A stretch of DNA of 63,908 nt, the filler included, from Octopus bimaculoides (lineage: Eukaryota), in NCBI RefSeq assembly GCF_001194135.2. It is 6 parts of 5 records of this genome, joined end to end, with 100 filler letters (N's around TTAATTAATTAA, not from the genome) between each part and the next. Parts side by side here need not be neighbours in the genome. Positions count along the whole stretch, not along the records: positions 39,806 to 52,245 come from NC_069007.1; positions 52,346 to 62,039 come from NC_068995.1; positions 62,140 to 63,908 come from NW_026404714.1; 3 more parts are not named here. The stretch is one strand, 5' to 3'. Position numbers and translations under genes: made by a program. How positions within the stretch are numbered: the first letter of the stretch is position 1; each line of letters begins with the position of its first letter. The notes beneath the pieces are model-generated. The model made no database searches. It was given only the letters and a program-made list of their open reading frames with translations, and was not told the DNA's origin. Positions 52,199 to 63,908 of this stretch are shown piece after piece.

Positions 52199-52245
52199 GG
52201 GAGTGGCTGTGTGGTAAGTAGCTTGCTTACCAACCACATGGTTCT
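52199..52245 (+). mobile_element. SINE family A head running into a gap
   Basis: gggagtggctgtgtggtaagtagcttgcttaccaaccacatggttct. Confidence 0.85.
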
Positions 52246-52614
52246 NNNNNNNNNNNNNNNNNNNNNNNNNNNNNNNNNNNNNNNNNNNNTTAATTAATTA
52301 ANNNNNNNNNNNNNNNNNNNNNNNNNNNNNNNNNNNNNNNNNNNNTATATATATATATATATTTATATATATATAGTCGATTCAAATGAATTATTAAAAT
52401 TAGGAGACAATAGGAGGACGTGCACAAGGTATATATTAGCTTGACACTCGGTAAAAAGAAGGAGTTTGCTGTTCCTAGCATAGCTCTCCGTCGAGAGAGA
52501 GAGCTAGAAAGAGAGAAGGAGAGAGAGAGAGAGGGAGAGAGAGAGAGATGGAGAGAGGGAGAGAGAGAGTGAGAGGGAGAGAGAGAGTGAATGAACGAAA
52601 TAAAGTACCTCTCA

Positions 52615-52765
52615 ACACATTTTGTGGTAGTGTGTTTTGACGTCCCTGTATATTTAAGCTTTAGCAAAAGAGATCGATAAGAATAAGTACCGGGGCTTGC
52701 AAAAATAAAATAAGCACTAAGAGATGCTCCAGCATGGTCGCAGTATAATAACCGAAGCAAGTAAA
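52615..52765. mobile_element. SINE fragment
   Basis: gatcgataagaataagtacc...atgctccagcatggtcgcagt is the reverse complement of the 45620-45740 motif. Confidence 0.65.
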
Positions 52766-55536
52766 ACATAAAAGATATAAGTTTTCAAATGACTACCACC
52801 ACCCACTAATATGTCGTGATTTGTGAATCCTAGTATTTTCAGCTTACGAATCTTTTTCCTCCTGTCTCGCATAATATACTACCATATTTGAAGATATATA
52901 TTTTTTAAAAGTTTTAGATTTCTAACCAGCAATTGTTTCTCCACTCGACTTTAATTTTTCTTTTCAAATTCAGTTTCCAACAAGTTTATAAACTTTTTTT
53001 AGCTTATAGGTTGTCTATCTTATCTATTTCTATTTTATTATTTATTGGCTAACGAAATGCTTGCAGATTGTTTTCAAAGTAAGAATTTTGAAAACCATGA
53101 CTTCTGCAGATACTACTCAAAAATGCTGCAGATGTTTTCCTTCTTTCTTGTAGGTAAAGTGGGTGAATTTGTTAAAGACTTGTTTACCTGACTCTTTCTG
53201 TCTATTTGTAATGTTGAATGCCAACAGGAACATTCCATTGTTTCACCCGTTAAAAGATTCACCACTACTACACCTCACAGATAGTATTACATCACTTCGA
53301 TGGTCAAAACATACGCCCCGGCCTCAGTTATATAAGGTGATAAACAAGAAGCAAGCAACCAGAAAGGAGATGCTCCCCTTACCAACAGTGACACATCGTT
53401 ATCATGTGAGAAGCTGAGTGCATGGAGGAAGAAGAGTTGTGCAGTGCTCGAGAACACATTAACAGAAAAATTAACTCGAAGTTAGAAGGGAAACGGATCA
53501 AAACTGAAGGCAATTAAATAACTGAGTTGCATACCATCAAAATCCAATTGTATATTTCACACCACTTCACATAGAACAATAGTTTCAATGACGGACCTAA
53601 ATAATTACAGGAATGCGGAAACAAAATAGATGGTGGACTACTAATAGTTTAGTAAAAACTAAATGGATTAGACCAGACAAAATACGATGTCAGATTAATT
53701 GTTCATATATGTAGCATACTATATTAAAGCAATAACGATCGTTGGACTTTGAGTCGCATGGGATTAACGTCGCAGTACCATGACAGAAGGTATCAAAAGA
53801 GTGAAGATGATGAGAGAGTTGAGGTACTGTGACATCTCAATATAAGTGGATATATTTTTAATGTTAGTTATTTTATCTTTCTTTAGTTAATTTCTATTTT
53901 TCAAACAATCTTCCTATTCCATGTATTTTTATGCATGCATTTTAACCCCTCTATTGTATAAGTTTCTCTATACTCCTTTCTAACATGTGGAATATTTTTA
54001 TCCCCCTTCCGTTTACCCTGTTTAACGCTTAATGCTTTACGTACTTCTTCGTAAACTTGATTACTGGGAAAATTAGCATAATCATCATCATCAATGTCAT
54101 CATCATCATCACCATCATCGACGTCGTCGTCCGTGGCGTTGTTAGTGTCGCTGTCGTCGTCATCCTCATCATCATCATCATCATTCTTAGCAGCATTAAC
54201 TCTGTCACCTTTATCATCACTACCAATATTCTCTCCTTTAATTCTCAACAGAAACGTATTTTATTTTTTTATAATTTGATAAAATAAACGTATTAATTTT
54301 TTATATATATATATATACATATATAAATTTTAATATAATTTAGGAATGCCATAGGAAAGTCATGCAACAAATACATATGGATGATGTTATATCTAACAAA
54401 GAAAATTTATTCAAAATATTCGTTAAATTTAACCAATGAAAACATTGCAAATATGCCAGGAGCTGAGTAAGAATGAAATTACATAAAAATTTATCAATCC
54501 CAAATTTATTGATTATTTTCTGTCGTATATACATTTTCATTACGTATTTTTAAGTAGGTGGCATATAGAAATTTTAGAAATCATTTTTGTTTTATTCAGT
54601 TTAGGCCATTTTGAAATGTTTTATTTATAAACGTTTTCATATTACATCTAAATGTGATTTGTTTTCTGACAGATTTCTTTAATTTTTAATCGCTGAAGTT
54701 TTACTGATAAAAGTTACATTTTTACAGTATTAGGGGACTGACAATTAAAAAAGAAAAGAAAAGAAAAAAATCGATTAAAAGTCTGAAAACATATTATATG
54801 TAAGATGCAAAAATAGCATCTAAAATACATTTCCTCATCTGCGTCCATATATCGAAAATAACAGTTTTTGTTGTTATTGTATCTTTATCGAGTAGCAGGG
54901 ATCGAGCTGACAATAATCAGAACTTTTGTTCTGAAAAAAAAAAAAGAAAAAAAAAACGAAAGATCTAGCTAAAAGCATTTGGTGCATCAATCAATAGGTT
55001 TAGATTGATGTTCTTAAAGAACAAATTTACGTGTTATTGACTGATTTCTAGCTAAAAGGCTACAGTATATAAATTATACATGAGTCATCACACGCCGATA
55101 CACATATGTACCGACTTTATATATACGTATCATCATGATCATCAACCTTATCATCATCGTCATCATCAGCATTTCTATGGTGGTGTGGGGTGGGACGTTT
55201 TGTCCAAAACCGGCAAGCAGGAGAGTTNNNNNNNNNNNNNNNNNNNNNNNNNNNNNNNNNNNNNNNNNNNNNNNNNNNNNNNNNNNNNNNNNNNNNNNNN
55301 NNNNNNNNNNNNNNNNNNNNNNNNNNNNNNNNNNNNNNNNNNNNNNNNNNNNNNNNNNNNNNNNNNNNNNNNNNNNNNNNNNNNNNNNNNNNNNNNNNNN
55401 NNNNNNNNNNNNNNNNNNNNNNNNNNNNNNNNNNNNNNNNNNNNNNNNNNNNNNNNNNNNNNNNNNNNNNNNNNNNNNNNNNNNNNNNNNNNNNNNNNNN
55501 NNNNNNNNNNNNNNNNNNNNNNNNNNNNNNNNNNNN

Positions 55537-55567
<31 letters not shown>

Positions 55568-56220
55568 CATACATACATGTATATATATATAGGTACGAGT
55601 GTGTGTGTGCAAAACGAACTAGTAGAATATGTGCTAAGTGGTGTAATTGTCGATTAGCAATTCCAAATGTTTAACATTTCTGTGGGTAAGAAATTAAACT
55701 CACCCAAGAAAGGGAGCGACGGTTATTTAGAGCTCTAAATTTTGCTTGTCCACTATCCAGAGTGTACGATGTCTTCATGCATCACTCTTTTCTAAAGCGC
55801 TCTTACTTCCCAAACAGCAGCTGACCCTTTAGATTCCTTGACAACCCACCCCAAACTCACCAATAACATCGAAGAATTATTTCCTTTTAATGTGCAACTA
55901 TGATGGTTCTATTGTCGGTACCCTCGGAGAAGACCGCTTAAATCTTTCTATCTCGTGTGCATCAACCTTTACAAAGCACAAATTTGAGAATCTATTCACC
56001 TTAAGCTGCCTAAACACACCCTTTTGTATATGTTTGCTATCTCGAAACCAGCATGGCCAATATCCTTGATTCAGCCCATTAGAAAAATGTGAGCCCCAGA
56101 ACCAGCTGCAAGTACTCACCAACCCGCCAAACATATCAATTTCTACTTCTAAGTAGAGAAACACCAGACCATTTATATATGTGTGTGTGTTTGTGCCTCT
56201 ATGTGTGTGTGTGTGTGTCC

Positions 56221-56270
<50 letters not shown>

Positions 56271-56679
56271 GGGGACACACATATATATATATATAATTTT
56301 CCAGTAAATTTCGTAATCGCTACCAATATAGCATAAGACTTCACCCCAAAGGATCACTTATTAGATTCCTTAAGGGTCGTTCTCATTGTTTATATTTCCA
56401 AGGTTTCAAATTTGTATGTTTAAAAATGTAGAGACTCTCAACACGACCGATCTATATTCCATTTATTTAATTATTTACCATCCGATGTCAACATTTCTGT
56501 GCCCAACTCTATCCAGCGACTGATCCGTTGGATGTCTGACGTTTGGCACTTCCTCAGGAATGGCTTCCATCAGAACAAATTACGAAAAAACACAATTAAC
56601 GCAATTAACGATCATAACAGATTATTAAAAGTATATATATATACTTTTTTCTTTTAATTTTACTATTTCCAGTGCAGTC

Positions 56680-56875
56680 ATTAGACTGAAGTCATCCTGG
56701 AACACACCTTAATTCATTTTACTAGCACTTATCCCTTAGGTCTCATTTGCCGACATACTTGATAGGGGAATGTAAGCACACAAACACCGGTTGTCAAGCA
56801 TTGTTGAGGGCAAACACAAACACTAAGACGCACACACATGCAAACACAAAGACGCACACACACACACACACACAT

Positions 56876-56913
<38 letters not shown>

Positions 56914-56921
56914 ACACGTAT

Positions 56922-56988
<67 letters not shown>

Positions 56989-57148
56989 TGACGGGATTCT
57001 TTCAGTTTCCATGTACAAAACCCACTCATAAAGCTTTGATCGGCCCTTGGCTATAGTAGAAGATACTTGCCCAAGGTGCCCGGCAGTGGGATTGAACCCG
57101 GAAATTTATGGTTGGGAAGTAAACTTACTCTCAAATAGCCACGCCTAG
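56680..57148 (-). mobile_element. Composite family A SINE with internal microsatellites
   Basis: gacgggattctttcagtttcc...caaggtgcccggcagtgggattgaacccgg matches other family A copies. Confidence 0.75.
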
Positions 57149-58077
57149 TAATCAGGAAGTCAAACCAAATAGTGATATTTTTAAATTATCTAATGCGTAC
57201 GTTTCAGATTTGCGTAATATATAAGAGAAATAATAGTAAATTCGTACTTTACGTAAGACCTTCTTCAGTTAAAACATTTCGAAATACGGAGCATTTGATG
57301 GAAATACTTCAAAAGATATTGTCAGAGCAGTAATTCGGCTATTAGCTTTCGAAGATGAAAATGTATGGAGAAGATAATGAAAGGGGGAGGTAGAAAAAAA
57401 AGAAAGGTATAGAGAAAAAGGTAAAAAAGAACTGAAGAGAGATATGTAGATTAGGGTAGTGGATGAGGAAAAGACAAGGAAGATATTCGAGTGAAACGTA
57501 TTAAAAGGATATGGGATGATTGGGTCTCTATCTTTGCCACTCTCTCCCGAATTCACGACATTATCAATTCGCTACTCTTTGCATTTCCACGGATTTTGTA
57601 CCAAAAACATTTGTATGCAAATGTATTAACGTGCATAGGATATTTATTTGTGGATTTCTATATACATAAATACGTACATATACATATATATNNNNNNNNN
57701 NNNNNNNNNNNNNNNNNNNNNNNNNNNNNNNNNNNNNNNNNNNNNNNNNNNNNNNNNNNNNNNNNNNNNNNNNNNNNNNNNNNNNNNNNNNNNNNNNNNN
57801 NNNNNNNNNNNNNNNNNNNNNNNNNNNNNNNNNNNNNNNNNNNNNNNNNNNNNNNNNNNNNNNNNNNNNNNNNNNNNNNNNNNNNNNNNNNNNNNNNNNN
57901 NNNNNNNNNNNNNNNNNNNNNNNNNNNNNNNNNNNNNNNNNNNNNNNNNNNNNNNNNNNNNNNNNNNNNNNNNNNNNNNNNNNNNNNNNNNNNNNNNNNN
58001 NNNNNNNNNNNNNNNNNNNNNNNNNNNNNNNNNNNNNNNNNNNNNNNNNNNNNNNNNNNNNNNNNNNNNNNNNNNNN

Positions 58078-58118
<41 letters not shown>

Positions 58119-59879
58119 TATATATAAAACTCTGCCCTGTAACCAATTCATGTATATAACATTTCGTTATGCACTCAATGCCTTCAATCTCCAGTTTATT
58201 CCCTTAGGAGGCTTATAACTTTAAGGAAACAAGCAAAGATATTCTGATAAGAAGCTTAAAATTCTTTCGCTAGATGCCTCTTTTTATTTTTTTTGTTTTC
58301 ATCCATTTGTGTGAATGTTTTCGGAGGCAACATATTCTATGATGTATCTCGAAAAGAAGTTGTAATGACTTAATTGAGTCAAGTCTGATAGAATCGTTTT
58401 AGAGACAAATCTAAAATAGCTGCCACACGATCAACAGATTATCTGGATGATCTCATTTGCTCAACTAATACCAAAACATTAAAAGTTAATTCAAACATTT
58501 TAAGGCAAAGATCAAAAGCCGGATAAAGTATATTATGTCAGTGATGCATAGTATTGAATAACCAGCATTTCTTCTATATTTCTTCCAGATAGAAGATGTA
58601 TATTAACATTATGCAATATAATTATATTACGGCAACTAGTTGTAGTTAAGTCTATTTTTTCTTCTGTCATAAAACACTTTTACACTATTTAAATATTTAT
58701 ATTTCCATTTCTACTTGGCATCAATTCATGACAATTCTGCCATGAAATAAAAACTATATTAATGTGACTCAAAAAATACAAAGAGAGGCAACCATGTATC
58801 TCGGCACAAACATTAAGTAATGTGACACGTAGTTATTTACTAATATTTGTCTTATGAAAAACAGAAGAGAAACCAACCCAATTAGAAAAGTGAGCATTCC
58901 TTAGAAGGCAGATTTACATGATGGTGAATGTGCCGGAAATATAATGGTATTAATTTTACTTGACATTAATTTTATCTGGAACACGAGAGATCCTTAAAAA
59001 ATATATAATTTAGAATATTCTTCTCCCAGTGGACTTCAAATTTAAACAGGTTGGGCAACTAAGGTGATCGTAGCGAATCAGAGATTTGATACATTAAGAC
59101 TAAGGCTTAAGTCAAATCTCACGTTAAGCCAAATGGGAGATATTAAGAACAAGTCAAATAACATCACGCCTTTCCTCACAAACGTGATGTACGTGACACA
59201 ACGGATGCCGAGAATCCCGAAGAAAATTGATGTACTTACAAGAGATATGGGGCTCAAGAGTTATGGGGCTCTAAGAACTCCCATATTTCTTCTGTATATT
59301 AGGGATTGCGTAGCTGTCTCTTGTACTTGGATAGCAAATGCATTATCATCAAAGTGCAAGGTGATGAAGAGGTTCAAAATCTTAAAGTGACTGCACTTCA
59401 TATAGATAGAATTATCTTTTTCAAGTCTTCCCGAAATATCCCCATACATAGTCTCCTTTAAAATGCTGAGCACTTCACATCTAAGTATTCTTTGAATTAT
59501 GATACGCTAACTGATTTGGAGTTATATGGGAGGTTACCATGGGAGAGAGTGCTTTCTTAGATGTTCACAGCCGACACGAAGGATATTGCTAGGCTTGTGC
59601 GCCCTAAGTTTATTATTTAGTTAGCTCTTGTTGCTTTTTTTAACAGGTCCTGTTTAAGAACACTCGTCGAAGTTCCAAGTCTCTCTGACCTGATCTGAAG
59701 CCTCCAGCTACTTTATCTCTTCTCAGGTAGAGGATATCGATATCAGTGTGTCCATGTATGTGTGAATGTGTGATTGCATCTGTATGTGTGTGTGTAAGTA
59801 TGTACGCATGCATCTATGTATTTTTTAACTAGTTTCAGCTAGAGAACTGCGGCCATCCTGGTGGGATGACAGAGCAAAA

Positions 59880-62035
59880 AGGGAACAAGAGGCAGCTGAT
59901 AGAAATGATGCCAATGGTTTGTACTCTTATGTTAAGGAGGTATATGGCCCCAAATTACTTCAGCAGATCTAGTGAGAACAGCAAATGGAAGTTTGATTCA
60001 GACTGACACCGCTTCTATTCATAAGCGCTGGGTAGAACATTTTTCTACACTTTTGAATAGACCATTATCCACTGACATGAGGACGATAGAAAAAATCGAA
60101 CACCTTCCAGTTATAGAAGAGATGGCATTTGAACCAACTCTAAATGACATCTATTTAGCTGTGAATAAGCTGAAAAATAATAATTCTCCAAGGTCTGTCG
60201 AAATCTGTGCAGAAGTCTTGAAATAAGCGGGTGACAAAATGTTTGAACTCTTAAATATATTAATTTGTCACTGTTGGAGAACTGAGAAAGTGCCTCAAGA
60301 CTGGATTGATGTCATTTTAATCTCCTTGTATAAATTTGGGCCAAAGGATCTGTGTAGTAATTTTCGTGGGATTTCACTTTTGTCTGTGGCTGGAAAGGTA
60401 CTTACCCTCATTTTGTTAGAATGTTTAAATACCTTCATAGTTCCAAATATAGTGTCTGCGTCTCACTGTGGGTTTCATTCCTCGAAAGCCACAGCTGATT
60501 GTATTTTTATTATTAGACAATTACAAGAAAAGTGCATTGAACAGAATCGTGCTCTATAACATCGCCTTTTTGATTTGAGCAAAGCATTCGATAGACTAAA
60601 TCGAAATGCTCTGTGGCTAATTCTAAGGAAAATAGGTTGCCCAGAAAAATTTGTAAACATGATCAGGGCTTTGCATCAAGATATGAAAGCTAGAGTTAAC
60701 TTTCGTGGTAGGTTTCTCTTGATGCACCCACCCTCTTTGCAATATACTTTGCTGTTGTATTGTCACATGCTTTTCGAGACTCTGAGGAGGGTATTTACAT
60801 CAAATATCGAGCAACAGGGAATGTTTTTCATCTGATCAGACTCAAGTTCAAACCCACGGTTTTTACATCACTCATTAGCGCTTGCAATCTTGTGAGTCCT
60901 TCTGATACAGGTCTGCAATCTCTTATGTCTGCATTTGACTCAGTTTGTGATGATTTTGGCTTGACCATCAACTTGAAAAAATAAAAAAAAACAGTTGTAA
61001 TGCATCAACATGCGTGTGGTACTGTTTGTAACCCCGCTAAAATGTTTGTTAAGGTTAAGTTAGTTGAGGTTGTCGATTCGTTCATCTAACTTGCAAGCTC
61101 TGTACAACATGATGGAAATACATCTGCGAATTGAAAGTGCAGTAAAAGAATTTATTGGCCTGGAGTCGCGCGTTTGGTGCCAGCGATATATAAATAAGAA
61201 TACAAAGGTGTCTCTTTAAAATCATTTGTCTTACCAAAACTGTTGTACTCTTGTGAAACATGGACTTATTCTGATAGTCATTTTAAATTGTTAGAACAAT
61301 TCCACCAAAAATATCTTCATCGCAATTTAAACATAGGGTGGAGTTCTTTCACTCCAGACACAGATGTCCTTGTATCTGCAGGCATCACCTCAGTTAAAGC
61401 TATGATTTTGAGGAAGCAACTGAGATGGTGTGGCCATATGGTTCGAATGGCGGGTGAACGAAAGTCGAAACAGTTATTTCATGGTGGGCTTGCAGAGGGA
61501 GAACGTTATCGGCGTAAACCTTAAAAAAATCTAAGGAGGGCATAAGGACTACTATGAAGTCATTTGGGATGGATCCAGAAGACATACAAACCTTTGCTTC
61601 GGATCGAGTTGGATGGCCAACTAAAGTGTGGAGAGGAGTGAAAGCATTTGGTTAGGCGAAAACAACGCATGTAAGACGCAAAAGAGATCTAAGGGAGAAG
61701 GATGAGATCGAGAAGGTTAATGACAATGACCTTTTTGTGTGTACAGTTTGTAACAGACCATGCCTTTCTTTTGTTTGGCTGAAATCTTATTTGCGAACTC
61801 ATGGAAAACGAACCTTCAGCAACTATTCTGCGTACATGCCTGAGCACACCTTTGCATTCAATGTATGCCATAAGGTTTGAAAGTCTAACGGAGGCCTCAA
61901 AAGACATTTTAAGATGCACAAAGATCAGAACTTATCTGCTGCTGTTGGTGGCCCAAATCGGATATGCAAGATATATGGGTGTCTTTTCAGAACAATAGTT
62001 TAAAAAGCCACATACATGCCATGATGGGGCTAATG
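59880..62035 (+). pseudogene. Decayed RTE-clade LINE (RT plus C-terminal C2H2 fingers)
   Basis: NFRGISLLSVAGKVL, IFIIRQLQEKCIEQN, DLSKAFDRLNRNALW, LLYSCETWT, QLRWCGHMVRM; stops, frameshifts and a partial motif B' deletion. Confidence 0.92.
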
Positions 62036-62610
62036 TGTANNNNNNNNNNNNNNNNNNNNNNNNNNNNNNNNNNNNNNNNNNNNTTAATTAATTAANNNNN
62101 NNNNNNNNNNNNNNNNNNNNNNNNNNNNNNNNNNNNNNNAAAAAAAAACACAAAAAAGAATACGAAATATAACAACAGCTGAGAAGACTAACAAACAGCA
62201 GCAACGAAAGAAAATAGAAAATGGTGTAAACGAAGAAAAAAAAGAAGAAAAATAAAAAGACAAAAACAAAAAACAAACCAAAACTCTGTCTTTTATCAGT
62301 CTCAATAGTGTTGATAGATTTATCAGTTTATGATTTATGAAAAAAAAAGAAGAAAGAAATCACTAATTTAAAGTGATTTATGAAGACATCCGTTATTAAA
62401 TTCTTTAATAATTTTTACATGTTGTTGTTGGTTCACATTATCTAACATTCACTTTGTGGTTCCTGCACTAAGAAGAGTTAAACATGCCGATGTTTATAGA
62501 CTTGTAGTAGTATACGCATGCGCATATGTACGTGCAACGCAGATACACCGATATTTACAAGATAGCCATGCGCAGTACTCATCCACAGATAAATACACGC
62601 ACGCATCTGG

Positions 62611-62612
<2 letters not shown>

Positions 62613-62668
<56 letters not shown>

Positions 62669-62775
62669 NNNNNNNNNNNNNNNNNNNNNNNNNNNNNNNN
62701 NNNNNNNNNNNNNNNNNNNNNNNNNNNNNNNNNNNNNNNNNNNNNNNNNNNNNNNNNNNNNNNNNNNTGTCTCTG

Positions 62776-62812
<37 letters not shown>

Positions 62813-62832
62813 CTATCTGTCTGTCTGTTTGC

Positions 62833-62892
<60 letters not shown>

Positions 62893-62939
62893 TGCCTGTT
62901 CTCTCTCTTTGTCTATCTGTCTGTCTCTGTCTGCCTGCC

Positions 62940-62970
<31 letters not shown>

Positions 62971-63279
62971 GCCTGCCTGTCTGTTTTTTTATCTATTTAT
63001 CTATCTGTCTATCTATCTGTCTATCTATCTGTCTATCTATCTGTCTATCTATCTATCTATTGCTTATTCTTTCTCTTTGTCTGTCTGTCGCTGTCCGTCT
63101 GTCTATCGCTGTCCGTCTGTCTGTCGCTGTCCGTCTGTCAACCTGTCAATCTCTGTCTGTCTGTCTGTCTGTCTCTCTGTCCACATGTCTTTTTTTCTTT
63201 TCCTTCTCTTCCCAAAAAGAAAAGCTCTACTTTGTATTTTGTCTCCTCTGTGTTCAGCCCTGTGAGGCCAATAAAGAAA

Positions 63280-63340
<61 letters not shown>

Positions 63341-63487
63341 NNNNNNNNNNNNNNNNNNNNNNNNNNNNNNNNNNNNNNNNNNNNNNNNNNNNNNNNNNNN
63401 NNNNNNNNNNNNNNNNNNNNNNNNNNNNNNNNNNNNNNNNNNNNNNNNNNNNNNNNNNNNNNNNNNNNNNNNNNNNNNNNNNNNNNN

Positions 63488-63552
<65 letters not shown>

Positions 63553-63555
63553 CCT
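62613..63555. repeat. (CT)n, (TCTA)n and (TCTG)n field with gaps
   Basis: Direct reading. Confidence 0.95.
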
Positions 63556-63908
63556 TGTAATTTCATAAATCGTTGCTTTAAAATAAAAACCGTTCCAGTT
63601 ATTTAAAAATAAATATTCCCTTCTTGAGGTGTTACTCTAAAACCAAATTTCTCACAACACACAGCTTCAACTAGAAACTCGTTATATTCGATAAAAATTG
63701 AAAAAGAAGAAAAAAAGCTGAACATCGACGTAAAAGCAGACGTCATACACTGCAGCTGACGTAAACGATATTCAACTTCAGACATCAGGTATTGGCACGC
63801 ATTCAAACACCACGGGGCACTGTGGAGAACAGCGAAGAATCGATGTGAATAAATTGTTTGTATATATGAATTTCACCCGTGTTTTTCAATAGTTAAAACA
63901 AAAATTTT

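Noticed and set aside
53901-54248. Acidic 115-aa ORF
   Set aside because: The Asp run comes from a (CAT)n microsatellite, and the rest has no recognisable domain or splice support.
55955-55985. LCFVKVDAHE in ORF 55898-56344 as TERT motif A
   Set aside because: It lacks the AYD/second Asp context, has no convincing splice sites, and the flanking sequence has no TERT similarity.

Overview
AT-rich, microsatellite-saturated animal DNA with many N-gaps. Its SINE/LINE repertoire and assembly style suggest an octopus or other coleoid cephalopod draft genome (inference, not verified). The main gene is a telomerase reverse transcriptase (TERT) on the minus strand. I traced 10 GT-AG exons by hand (52099 to 42388, 924 nt, 307 aa plus stop) whose phases chain perfectly. 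They cover RT motifs B', C, D, E and the whole C-terminal extension, ending HFKNILD*. The 5' half of TERT (TEN, TRBD, motifs 1, 2, A) is not recognisable in the window. Around TERT are three notable retroelement features: (1) a composite repeat with a tRNA-like head and a tail containing a minimal, probably dimer-dependent hammerhead ribozyme fold, in 3 copies, one inside a TERT intron; (2) a Penelope-like RT fragment inside another TERT intron; (3) a ~12 kb convergent array of R4/Dong-type, restriction-like-endonuclease LINE fragments sitting in (TAA)n microsatellites. The rest is decayed RTE and L1/Tx1 LINEs, Tc1/mariner and Tigger-like remnants (one foldback), several tRNA-SINE families, and a few low-confidence exons of unidentified genes. 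Most ORFs in the supplied track are microsatellite or gap artefacts.
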